Of a stretch of 33,834 nt of DNA, positions 8,576 through 17,080 are shown piece after piece. Location: the NCBI GenBank assembly GCA_017618795.1, contig JAFZTO010000054.1, positions 1 to 33,834 of the forward strand, read 5' to 3'. A program made the position numbers and the translations under genes. How positions within the stretch are numbered: position 1 is the first letter of the stretch; every line of letters begins with the position of its first letter. The DNA comes from Clostridia bacterium. GTDB lineage: Bacteria; Bacillota; Clostridia; Oscillospirales; CAG-272. The notes under the pieces are model-generated. The model was not told the origin of the DNA. It did no database searches and worked only from the letters and a program-made list of their open reading frames with translations.

Positions 8576-9532
8576 ATGAGAAAAAAAGCATGTACGGTGA
8601 TTGCCGCCGCTTTGATACTGACACTTGCGGCGCTCAGTGTTATATTCGGCGGGCCGAAACTTACTGAGAATCAGTTTTCAACACTTAAAATACTAGCGAT
8701 TGTGTGCGGATGCAGCGTTGCGTACTGTTTTGTCGCAGGGCAGATAACGCAGAACTTTTCGCAGATGGATAAACTGTGGAGCATTCTGCCGGTTGCGTAC
8801 GTCTGGATAATCGCCGCGCGGGGCGGAATGAAGGCGAGGCTTGTGATGTACGCGGCCCTTGTGACCGTCTGGGGCATACGCCTTACGGTGAATTTTGCCA
8901 GAAAGGGCGCCTACAGCATAAAATTCTGGGAGGGCAATGAGGACTACCGCTGGTCGATAGTCAGAAAAGCCCCTGCTTTCAGGAGCGATTTTGCCTGGAC
9001 GCTGTTCAATCTGCTCTTTATTTCGCTGTATCAGAACGTTCTTGTTCTCGCGATATGTCTGCCGTCGCTTGCGTGCATGGAATCGGCGGCTATCCTCGGC
9101 ATATTCGACCTGATCGCCGCTCTTGCGTCGCTTGCATTCCTTGCGCTCGAGACCGTTGCGGACGAATACCAGTGGCGGTTCCATCAGAAGAAAAAGAGGG
9201 CTGTCGGTGAGAGCGGCTCGCTTGACAGGGCCCCGATGCCGTACAGCCTCGGCTTCAACACGTCAGGCCCGTGGGGATATATGCGGCATCCTAACTACCT
9301 CGGCGAGCAGGGATTCTGGCTCTGCCTGTACATTTTCGTCATTGCCGCCGGCGTCGCGGAAAAGGGTATTTTCAATCTGATGTTTATAGGCCCGCTGTTC
9401 CTCGTACTGCTGTTCATGGGCAGCTCCGCCCTCGGAGAGAAGATCTCCTCCGGCAAATATCCGCAGTACGGGAATTACGTAAAACAGGTATTCAAATACC
9501 TTCCTCTGCGAAGATTCGCCCCGAACAGATAA
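8576..9532 (+). CDS. DUF1295 / steroid 5-alpha-reductase-like integral membrane protein
   Basis: NFSQMDKLWS, WGIRLT.NF, EDYRW, ET.AD..Q..F and G.W.YMRHPNYLGE motifs; multiple transmembrane (TM) segments. Confidence 0.88.
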   Translation: MRKKACTVIAAALILTLAALSVIFGGPKLTENQFSTLKILAIVCGCSVAYCFVAGQITQNFSQMDKLWSILPVAYVWIIAARGGMKARLVMYAALVTVWGIRLTVNFARKGAYSIKFWEGNEDYRWSIVRKAPAFRSDFAWTLFNLLFISLYQNVLVLAICLPSLACMESAAILGIFDLIAALASLAFLALETVADEYQWRFHQKKKRAVGESGSLDRAPMPYSLGFNTSGPWGYMRHPNYLGEQGFWLCLYIFVIAAGVAEKGIFNLMFIGPLFLVLLFMGSSALGEKISSGKYPQYGNYVKQVFKYLPLRRFAPNR

Positions 9533-9567
9533 AACAAGGCGCGCGTTTAGCCGCCTGCATAAAACAC

Positions 9568-9597
9568 GCCCGGCGGCCTTTTCCGCCGGGTATTTTT
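9568..9597 (+). terminator. Intrinsic terminator after the DUF1295 gene
   Basis: CCCGGCGG-CCTTTT-CCGCCGGG then TATTTTT. It is nested in a longer imperfect stem spanning about 9540-9632. Confidence 0.7.
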
Positions 9598-9643
9598 CAT
9601 TGACGCGCAATTCTGCCGCCGGCAGGCGCGCGAAAAACGATTG

Positions 9644-9696
9644 TACAATTAAACGGGAGTATTTTACAATACTTTTCGGCAAAAAAATGATATAAT
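9644..9696 (+). promoter_or_regulatory. Extended -10 promoter without a consensus -35, with TACAAT direct repeats (possible activator site)
   Basis: TGATATAAT at 9688-9696; TACAAT at 9644 and 9665 (21-bp period); similar to 14677-14730. Confidence 0.55.
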
Positions 9697-9739
9697 TGCT
9701 TTGCCTTCGGCGAAAAAAACAGAAAAAGAGGCTTTTGAA

Positions 9740-11392
9740 ATGAAATATGTCGACGTAAAGAACGTTACGGTACGAGGAGACCTTCGCGCAAGGCTTATCA
9801 AGAACTTTTCACGTCTGCACGATAAGATATACCGCTCCGGCACCGCCGGCCTTCCTCCCTGCTGCTGCCTGGGATGGCCGGGAGACTGGGAGGGGAGAGC
9901 GATGCTGGCTCTGGTTCTGGACAGCGAGGCGCTTAAAACCGACGCGGCGGACCTTGAAAATCTTATCGCCTGGATATACAGCCTGATGAACGACGAGGGA
10001 TACAGGAGCGAGCCGGGCGACAAACTGAACCTGAACGACATAAACGAGCAGATGCATTCGGCCCAGAACTGGCTGATGAGGGCGTTTATGGAATACTACC
10101 GCGTGACGGGGAAAACCGAGTATCTCGAGACCGTGAAAACGATACTTGAAAAGCTGTATCTGCCGATAAAACCGCACCTGAAAAACTATCCCCGCACCGC
10201 GGAGGACAGGAGCTACGCGCATGAATTTGCGGTCGTCGGAAAAACCAACGGCCAGTTCAGGGAATGGAGACTGTCGTCAGACACCGGATGCCTGTTCATG
10301 TGCATGGATTCGCTCGCTCAGGCGTGGGAAATGATAGACGAGGAGCCTCTTCACAGCGAGATATGGGACCTTATCTGTGAAATGCTGAAAACCTTCCGCA
10401 ACCTCGACTACGTCGGCGGCATGCTTCAGACCCACGCCACCATGACTGGGATGCGCGGAATAATGAGGATTTACAAAAAAACGGGCGACCCGTCTCTGCT
10501 TGAGACGCTGAAGAAATATTTTGCCGATTACGAGAAATACGGCCTTTCGGCAAGTTTTGCGAACCGCGTCAATTTCAAGGCGACGAACTGTCATACCGAG
10601 CCGTGCGGAATCGTCGATTCATACATGCTTGCTTGCCAGCTGTGGGAGGAGACCGGAGAGAGGCATTATCTCGATCTTTCAAATAAAATCTGGTGGAACG
10701 GGCTGATGCGCGCGCAGCGCGAAAACGGAGGAATGGGCTGCGAGACGACCGTGGACGACGGAAGGCTCAAGGTTTTCGACATTTTCTACGAGGCCGCGCA
10801 CTGCTGCACGATGCGCGGTGCGGAGGGGCTCGGTTATCCTGTGCGGCACGCTGTCCGCAATGAAGCGGGCGTCCTTACCGTTCCGTTCTGGTTTGATTTT
10901 GACTCCTCGATTGACGGCGGGCTCATTAAGGTCAGGACAAAGCTTCCGGAGAACGGATACTGCTCGGTCGAGTTTGAAAAGGCGGTCCCGGGAGCGGGAG
11001 AGCTTCGCCTATACATACCCGAATGGGCAAAACCGGAAATAACCCTGAACGGAAGAAGGGCGGAGTTCGAAACAGACGGCTGCTTTGCCGCTGTAAAATC
11101 GGATTTCGCGCATGGAGACAAATTGGAAATAAGATATGAAATTCCGCTGTATAAACTTCCGGCGGATTTTTACGGGCACTCGGACAGGGGCAGATGCCTT
11201 GTAATGTACGGAAATCTTGTGCTCGGAACCGAAACCGCTCTGGACGAGAAGATCGAAACCGGGAAATTCGAATATGCGGGAAACGCTGAATTTACGGCGT
11301 ACGGAAGAAAATTCGTCCCGCTGCACCGCTGCCGGGACATGTCGAAAGAAGAGGTCATGGTAAAATCGTGGCAGATAGTTTTTAACGAGTGA
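9740..11392 (+). CDS. GH127/GH146-like (beta-L-arabinofuranosidase domain) cysteine glycosidase, cytoplasmic
   Basis: WPGDWEGR, THAT, HTEPC (E-x-C) and HCCTMRG (CC) motifs, LRLYIPEW beta domain, no signal peptide. The start is set at MKYVDV after AAGAGG. Confidence 0.78.
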   Translation: MKYVDVKNVTVRGDLRARLIKNFSRLHDKIYRSGTAGLPPCCCLGWPGDWEGRAMLALVLDSEALKTDAADLENLIAWIYSLMNDEGYRSEPGDKLNLNDINEQMHSAQNWLMRAFMEYYRVTGKTEYLETVKTILEKLYLPIKPHLKNYPRTAEDRSYAHEFAVVGKTNGQFREWRLSSDTGCLFMCMDSLAQAWEMIDEEPLHSEIWDLICEMLKTFRNLDYVGGMLQTHATMTGMRGIMRIYKKTGDPSLLETLKKYFADYEKYGLSASFANRVNFKATNCHTEPCGIVDSYMLACQLWEETGERHYLDLSNKIWWNGLMRAQRENGGMGCETTVDDGRLKVFDIFYEAAHCCTMRGAEGLGYPVRHAVRNEAGVLTVPFWFDFDSSIDGGLIKVRTKLPENGYCSVEFEKAVPGAGELRLYIPEWAKPEITLNGRRAEFETDGCFAAVKSDFAHGDKLEIRYEIPLYKLPADFYGHSDRGRCLVMYGNLVLGTETALDEKIETGKFEYAGNAEFTAYGRKFVPLHRCRDMSKEEVMVKSWQIVFNE

Positions 11393-11399
11393 GAAAGCG

Positions 11400-12332
11400 A
11401 TGAAAAAGATTCTTTTATTTACATCGGTCCTGCTTGTCATATGCTCGCTGATGCCGGTAAGCGTCAGCGCGGGATGGTCAAGGCCGGAAAACGGCGCATA
11501 TAAAGAAGGGGACGCAATAGTGGTAAGGTTCGGCACACCGGAGGCGGTCTCCGACGCGCTGAGCTCGACGTACGGCCTTGTCGCAGCGTGTTTTGACGGG
11601 TGCATGCAGCTTAAGCCGTATTTCTCTCCGGGCATTTTCGTTCTTGATTTCAGCGGAAAAAACGCAATCAACGCGGACGAATACAGATACATGAAGATCA
11701 AGTATTTTGCCAATACGATGTACAGCAGCGCCACGGTTTATTTCGCGACGAACAAATCGAACAACGAGATAACCGGTTCAAACAGTTTTTCGTATCAGCG
11801 AGGACGGGCGAAAAAGTGGACCGAAAAGATCGTAAACGTCGGGGAACTTTCTTCGAACTGGACGGGATACGTGAGCGCTATGAGAGTCGATTTTTTCACC
11901 CAGGCGCTCGGGAGCATAAAGGCCGATGAATACGGATTCGTAGAGTATATTGCTTTCTTCAGAACAGAGGAGGAGGCGAATGAGTTCGGCGGTCTGACGG
12001 CGGAACAGGAAAACGGCACCGATCTTGTTTCTCTCTACGCAAAGGGATACCGCACGTCCAGAGTGGACGGAATAGAATACACCGTGCCGGGAATCGAAAG
12101 GGCTCTTTCGTCCGCAGCGATTAAAAAGGCGCCTGTGAACGGAAATACGGAAAACGACGGAAAACCGGCCGGGAGAGGCAGGCAGATAACGAACGGCCAG
12201 ATCCTGATTATCGCGCTGACTGCGATTTTCGGTCTGGGCGCGATTGCCGTGGCGGCTGTCGTTGCGGGGAAGAAAAAGGACAGCGCTGTTCAGGCGGACG
12301 AAAAGAAGGAGGACGGCAATGAAAACGGATAA
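11400..12332 (+). CDS. Secreted, C-terminally anchored protein with one unnamed beta-sandwich (CBM-like) domain
   Basis: Signal peptide ending VSA; YRYMKIKY...W..KIV...MRVD...YIAFFRTEEEANEF; C-terminal TM followed by KKK. Confidence 0.7.
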   Translation: MKKILLFTSVLLVICSLMPVSVSAGWSRPENGAYKEGDAIVVRFGTPEAVSDALSSTYGLVAACFDGCMQLKPYFSPGIFVLDFSGKNAINADEYRYMKIKYFANTMYSSATVYFATNKSNNEITGSNSFSYQRGRAKKWTEKIVNVGELSSNWTGYVSAMRVDFFTQALGSIKADEYGFVEYIAFFRTEEEANEFGGLTAEQENGTDLVSLYAKGYRTSRVDGIEYTVPGIERALSSAAIKKAPVNGNTENDGKPAGRGRQITNGQILIIALTAIFGLGAIAVAAVVAGKKKDSAVQADEKKEDGNENG

Positions 12333-13542
12333 GCTGATTGCGCTTCTGTGCGCCGCCGCGGTCGTGTTCGGTGTCCTGGCCGCATGCGCTTCAAAGCATG
12401 AAACGGAAACGACGCAGACGCCTTCGACCGAGCCCGCGGGACTGCCCGAGGGGTTTGTCGCGCAGGAGGTTTCCGAATGCGTGGACAGGAGCGGTTACAA
12501 TATGCGCATAGGAGCGTATCTGTGGTACGGATTCGAGGGGTGCAGCTTCACGCAGCGCCACATAGACGAATTTTACGAATACCGCGAGCCGCTGTGGGGC
12601 TACGGCTATCCGGACGTTGAGGACATGGAATTCCAGATACAGCTTGCGTACGATTACGGACTGGATTTCTTCGCCATCGACTACTATTCGTCAGTGACTG
12701 ACGCTTACAACGCCCAGCCGGCGGATTACTTCGTAGCGGCGAAAAACAGCAGACTGCTTGACTTCTGTCTTATAGTCATCGACGCAGACTCAAACACCAC
12801 CCCGAACAGAGGGAACTGGGACGTCTCGCGCGACAAGTACATTTATTACATGTCGCAGGACAATTCTCTGAAGATAGACGGCAGACCCGTAATTGTCTTT
12901 CACGTTCCGGATCAGCTGATTACCTCTCTCGGAGGCGCGGACAGTACGAGGGAATGCCTTGACGACCTGGAACAGAAAATGATGGAAAAGGGCTATCCGG
13001 GGATTTATGTTCTTGCCTGTGCGGGACCTGTCGAGGCGAATCAGTCGTCTTTCTCGTCGGACAGGTGCGACAGCAGGACGTTCCTTTCAAAGCTCGCGAT
13101 CTACGAGAAGGCGGGTTTTGACGCCTTTACGTCGTACAACTATATTATTTTCGACAAGGTTAACGGAAGTTATGAAAGCGACTACAGAACGTTTGCGTCG
13201 CATTTCGAGGACTGCTGGAACGTGTTTTCAAAATACTCGTCAAGCAGGTACGCGCCGTGCCTTCTCGGAGGCTGGGACGACAGACCGCGCGAGACTGAAA
13301 TAGCGGGCCGCGCCTCCTACGCTCTCGGAAGGACGGCGGATGATTTCCGCGACCATATTCTGAATGCGTACGGCTGGCTGAAGAACAATCCGGACAACGC
13401 TCTGAGCAACCTCGGCTTCATATACGCCTGGGACGAGATAGACGAGGGCGGCTACATAATTCCCACAAAAGGGGAGGGCTTCGCGATGCTGGAGGGGCTG
13501 AAGGCCGCGGCGGATATTATAAACGGAGAGTGTTATAAATGA
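12319..13542 (+). CDS. Lipoprotein with a GH99-like/WbsX-like TIM-barrel domain
   Basis: Lipobox VLAAC; EPLWGY, QIQLA.DYGLDFF, KIDGRPV, GWDDRPR and YAWDEIDEGG. The start is set at the ATG at 12319 after AGGAGG. Confidence 0.75.
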   Translation: MKTDKLIALLCAAAVVFGVLAACASKHETETTQTPSTEPAGLPEGFVAQEVSECVDRSGYNMRIGAYLWYGFEGCSFTQRHIDEFYEYREPLWGYGYPDVEDMEFQIQLAYDYGLDFFAIDYYSSVTDAYNAQPADYFVAAKNSRLLDFCLIVIDADSNTTPNRGNWDVSRDKYIYYMSQDNSLKIDGRPVIVFHVPDQLITSLGGADSTRECLDDLEQKMMEKGYPGIYVLACAGPVEANQSSFSSDRCDSRTFLSKLAIYEKAGFDAFTSYNYIIFDKVNGSYESDYRTFASHFEDCWNVFSKYSSSRYAPCLLGGWDDRPRETEIAGRASYALGRTADDFRDHILNAYGWLKNNPDNALSNLGFIYAWDEIDEGGYIIPTKGEGFAMLEGLKAAADIINGECYK

Positions 13543-14636
13543 AGAAAATAATCTGTTTGCTTTTGTGTCTCGCGGTTTTTGCGGTTTCGTGCGCAAAGAC
13601 TGACGCGGAAACCGGGGGAAGTTCCGGCACGACCGAAAAGGAGGTCGATAACATGATAAGGACTGCGGACGGACTTGTGTTCGAGAGGACCGGCGACGAC
13701 AAAATTAATTTCATCGGCAGATGGTTCGAAAAGGAAATAGACGGAGCAAACCATCATGTCACCGTCAACGACGGGAGCGAACTTCAGTTCGCAGTGTCGG
13801 GAACGGAAACGGTAACGGTCGGTTTCACAGTTATAACATCGCTTAAAACGCCGTATTACGCTTATATGATCGACGGTTCCGATCCTGTGAGAAAGCTGAT
13901 TACAGACGGGGATATCGCGCTTCCCGATACCGGAGAACACATAATAAGGATAATAACCGACGGTATAACCGAAGGCGAAGCAAAATATAAAGGCGAGATC
14001 GGATTCGCCTTCAGCGGCGCCGACGCGCACGGCGGGGAGATAATCGGGATAAAAGCGCTGAACAAAGTGATAATGTTCATGGGCGACAGCATAACGGAGG
14101 GCGTCCGAGCCCTGAACATGTCCGCCGACAGCGACGGAAATTCCGCTACTCATTCATTTCCGTGGTATACGGCGGCAAAACTGAACTCTATAGCCGTAAA
14201 CTGCGGATTTGCGGCGTCCGGGACCGTCGGAGCGGGTTCGTTCGCGCCGTTCCTCGACACGGTAAACAGGCTTTCGGAGACAAGAGAGAACGACATTCCC
14301 GCGCCGGACGTGGTGGTTGTCAATTACGGTCACAACGACGTGTATTTCAAGGACACGGACGTTATGCCTAGATATAAGGCCGCCCTTGACGCGCTTCACG
14401 CAAAATACCCCGACGCGCCCGTCTTTGTTGTCATTCCCTTCAGCCAGACACACGCGGAAACGATACGCGCGTGCTGCGAGGGAAGAGATTACGTTACGGT
14501 AGTTGAGACGGAAGGCTGGAATCCGGCGACGACGGACGGCGTTCACCTGAATTCCCTTGGTGCAAACAGTGTGGGGGTGCGCCTGGCGGCAGCAATCAGG
14601 CAAACGCTCGGAGACGGTTTCTTTGACGCCGAATAA
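13539..14636 (+). CDS. SGNH/GDSL esterase lipoprotein (CE2-like architecture)
   Basis: Lipobox FAVSC; FIGRW N-domain; GDSITEG, NYGHND and DGVH blocks. Confidence 0.85.
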   Translation: MKKIICLLLCLAVFAVSCAKTDAETGGSSGTTEKEVDNMIRTADGLVFERTGDDKINFIGRWFEKEIDGANHHVTVNDGSELQFAVSGTETVTVGFTVITSLKTPYYAYMIDGSDPVRKLITDGDIALPDTGEHIIRIITDGITEGEAKYKGEIGFAFSGADAHGGEIIGIKALNKVIMFMGDSITEGVRALNMSADSDGNSATHSFPWYTAAKLNSIAVNCGFAASGTVGAGSFAPFLDTVNRLSETRENDIPAPDVVVVNYGHNDVYFKDTDVMPRYKAALDALHAKYPDAPVFVVIPFSQTHAETIRACCEGRDYVTVVETEGWNPATTDGVHLNSLGANSVGVRLAAAIRQTLGDGFFDAE

Positions 14637-14676
14637 TTCAACTTAAAAACGGTGAACATTGAAAAAACTACAAATT

Positions 14677-14730
14677 TACAATTGTTATCCGGGATTATTC
14701 CATTATTTTTCGGAAAAAAGATGATATAAT
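14677..14730 (+). promoter_or_regulatory. Extended -10 promoter without a consensus -35
   Basis: TGATATAAT at 14722-14730; the last 30 bp match 9667-9696 at 26 positions; a GGAGG RBS lies downstream. Confidence 0.55.
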
Positions 14731-14760
14731 TTTATTCAGAAATGAAATCGGAGGTTATTC

Positions 14761-15648
14761 ATGAAAAGGTTTCTGTTTTTTACCGTGCTGGCGGTCCTGC
14801 TGTCCTGTATGGCGCTGAGCATTTTTGCTTCCGTCCAGGATACCAGCATATTTATCGAAAAGGGACGTTATTTCGTCATTAAAACGGCCCCTGCGGATCA
14901 GGTCTTCGACGCCGACGGGTCCATCAACGGCTCGATTTTCAAATGGGGTCTCGGCAGCCTTCTGGAGGCCACGGACGACGGCGTGAAGATCAAAGGCGGT
15001 TCCGCCGGCGAACTCACGGTCGGATTCGGTTCTGCCGGAACGCTCGGGATCGAAACGGTTGAAGACACGTTCGTGACCGAGGATCTCAAATACTTCGGAA
15101 TGAGGTACAAGACCGCCGAGGCGTGCAGAGTCGGCGTTATGTTTATGCTCCCCGGAAACGAGGCGAACTGGGACAGCTGGAACAATCCGGACTATACGGC
15201 GTATTATGATTTCCCAGCGTCGGAGGAGTACACGATAGTATGCTTCGAGCTTCCGGCGACAATGCAGTTTTCGGAGAATCCTTTCATTATGGGCTGGGAA
15301 TGCCAGTCTGCGCCCGCGGACGTGTATGTGACGGACATCTGCTTCTTCGCATCTGAGGACGAGGCGCGCAATTTTGCCGAAAACTACGAGGAGCTTTCGA
15401 CGATTCCCGAAACGACGGAAACGGATCCGCCGGCGACCGAGCCCAGGCAGACGGAAAACCCGGGAACTAAGCAGCCCGAGGAGAGCAAAAACACTCCCGT
15501 TGTCACGTCCGGTACCACGACAACGCCTGCAACGGATAATGAAACGACCTCAGAAGGCCTTACGACCGGCGCGATGATAGGCATAATAGCCGCCGTGACC
15601 GCGGTCGTGGTCGCAGTCATCATTATAATCGCAAAGAAGAAAAAATAA
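14761..15648 (+). CDS. Secreted, C-terminally anchored protein: one unnamed beta-sandwich domain plus Thr/Pro/Glu linker
   Basis: Signal peptide; LKYFGMRYKT...DICFFASEDEARNF; T/P/E-rich stalk; TM followed by KKKK. Confidence 0.72.
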   Translation: MKRFLFFTVLAVLLSCMALSIFASVQDTSIFIEKGRYFVIKTAPADQVFDADGSINGSIFKWGLGSLLEATDDGVKIKGGSAGELTVGFGSAGTLGIETVEDTFVTEDLKYFGMRYKTAEACRVGVMFMLPGNEANWDSWNNPDYTAYYDFPASEEYTIVCFELPATMQFSENPFIMGWECQSAPADVYVTDICFFASEDEARNFAENYEELSTIPETTETDPPATEPRQTENPGTKQPEESKNTPVVTSGTTTTPATDNETTSEGLTTGAMIGIIAAVTAVVVAVIIIIAKKKK

Positions 15649-15670
15649 ATCCTTAAAGGAGAAAAATAAA

Positions 15671-17017
15671 ATGAAAAAAATAATAGCACTACTGCTGACG
15701 GCGGTCATCATTCTTGCGCTGTCGGCGTCAATGGTTATCGACTCGTCGGCGGTCGATTCGTCCTATATCTGGCAGATCAATGACGCGCTCGACAACGAAC
15801 ACCTTGTGATTAATGTCGGCGACCCGTATCAGTTCAACCCGTCCGACGCGACAAGCCAGGGCTTCTATTCGGGGTTGTTCCAGTGGGGACTTCAGTCCGG
15901 ATGCACGGTTTCGGACGGAGCGCTCCACGTTCCGGCTGTTGACGGCGGCAGAACGTTTGTTTCCATTTATGCCGATCAGTCCGCGGGCGGATGGCCTCAT
16001 TCACTTTCAATAGACACTGCTGTTTTCAAATACATAGCTTTCACCTATAAGACGGCGGCTGATGCCAGCGTTCATTTTATGTTTTCATATGAAAAACCGG
16101 ATGGTTCGGAATTTGATACAAACGGATGCAACCCCGATTTCAACCTTCCTGCTTCAAATGACTGGACGACGGTTGTGTGTGAGATTCCGCAGTCAAAGGT
16201 TCAGCAGAAGGTGTCCGTTATGACCAGATTTGATGTTTTCTGCACTTCGCAGGTTGACATGAAGAATATTGGTTTCTTTAACACTGAAGCTGCCGCAAAG
16301 GCGTATTACGGCATACAGGACACTAATCCTTCGCAGGGCGGCGAAGGCGAAACAACGACCGGCCGTCCCTACGTTATAACGAAAGAGGGAAGCTATATAG
16401 TAGTTAACATGCAGCCGGCTGAGAACGTCATAAACGCCGACTCGTCGAAGAATCCCGTGTTCGCTGTTACCCAGCCGGTTTACACGTCGACCGCCGACGG
16501 AATAAAGTTTGCGGCCGGTTCGAACGGGTTCGGCGAGATGAATGCCTACGGATCGCTTGGCACGGCGGGATTTGAGGAAGTCCCCGGGACTTTCGTTCCG
16601 TCGACGCTGAAATACGCCGTCATCAGATACAAAACCGCCGCCGACACCCAGATACGCGTAAGGTTCGCGGTTATGAACGGGGACGACTGGGCAACGTCAT
16701 GGGGCGACCTTGAAAACTATTCCGTCGTTGCCGACCTCAAGGCAACGGATGATTACAACATCGCCGTGGTGGAGATCACCGAAGCAATGAAAATCAACAC
16801 GGCACCATTCCTTGTCGGTTATGTCGCAAACGGGGATATCCCGGCTGACATTGAAATAACAAACGTCGGTTTTTTCGCAAGCGTAAGTCTGTCGCAGGAA
16901 TATTTCAACATATCTGCGGTTTCGGTGGAAACGTCTGATTCGTTTATCATCCCGGCCGCTGTGTCCGCGATACTTCTGATCGGCGCGGCCGTCATCATCG
17001 GCAAAAAGAAAAGATAA
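15671..17017 (+). CDS. Secreted, C-terminally anchored protein with two tandem copies of the same domain
   Basis: FKYIAFTYKT...NIGFFNTEAAAKAY and LKYAVIRYKT...NVGFFASVSLSQEY; ends in VETSD, TM, KKKR. Confidence 0.72.
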   Translation: MKKIIALLLTAVIILALSASMVIDSSAVDSSYIWQINDALDNEHLVINVGDPYQFNPSDATSQGFYSGLFQWGLQSGCTVSDGALHVPAVDGGRTFVSIYADQSAGGWPHSLSIDTAVFKYIAFTYKTAADASVHFMFSYEKPDGSEFDTNGCNPDFNLPASNDWTTVVCEIPQSKVQQKVSVMTRFDVFCTSQVDMKNIGFFNTEAAAKAYYGIQDTNPSQGGEGETTTGRPYVITKEGSYIVVNMQPAENVINADSSKNPVFAVTQPVYTSTADGIKFAAGSNGFGEMNAYGSLGTAGFEEVPGTFVPSTLKYAVIRYKTAADTQIRVRFAVMNGDDWATSWGDLENYSVVADLKATDDYNIAVVEITEAMKINTAPFLVGYVANGDIPADIEITNVGFFASVSLSQEYFNISAVSVETSDSFIIPAAVSAILLIGAAVIIGKKKR

Positions 17018-17029
17018 AACATAAAAGCT

Positions 17030-17059
17030 TTCCGGCGCCGTTCCCGGCGCCGGAACTTT
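17030..17059 (+). terminator. GC-rich intergenic stem-loop (partial terminator or mRNA stabiliser)
   Basis: TTCCGGCGCCG-TTCC-CGGCGCCGGAA, a perfect 11-bp stem with only a short CTTT tail. Confidence 0.6.
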
Positions 17060-17080
17060 AATAAAATTCGGGTAAACGCA

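Noticed and set aside
15400-15570. Thr/Pro/Glu-rich low-complexity stretch as a tandem repeat
   Set aside because: It is an ordinary linker with no regular nucleotide repeat unit.
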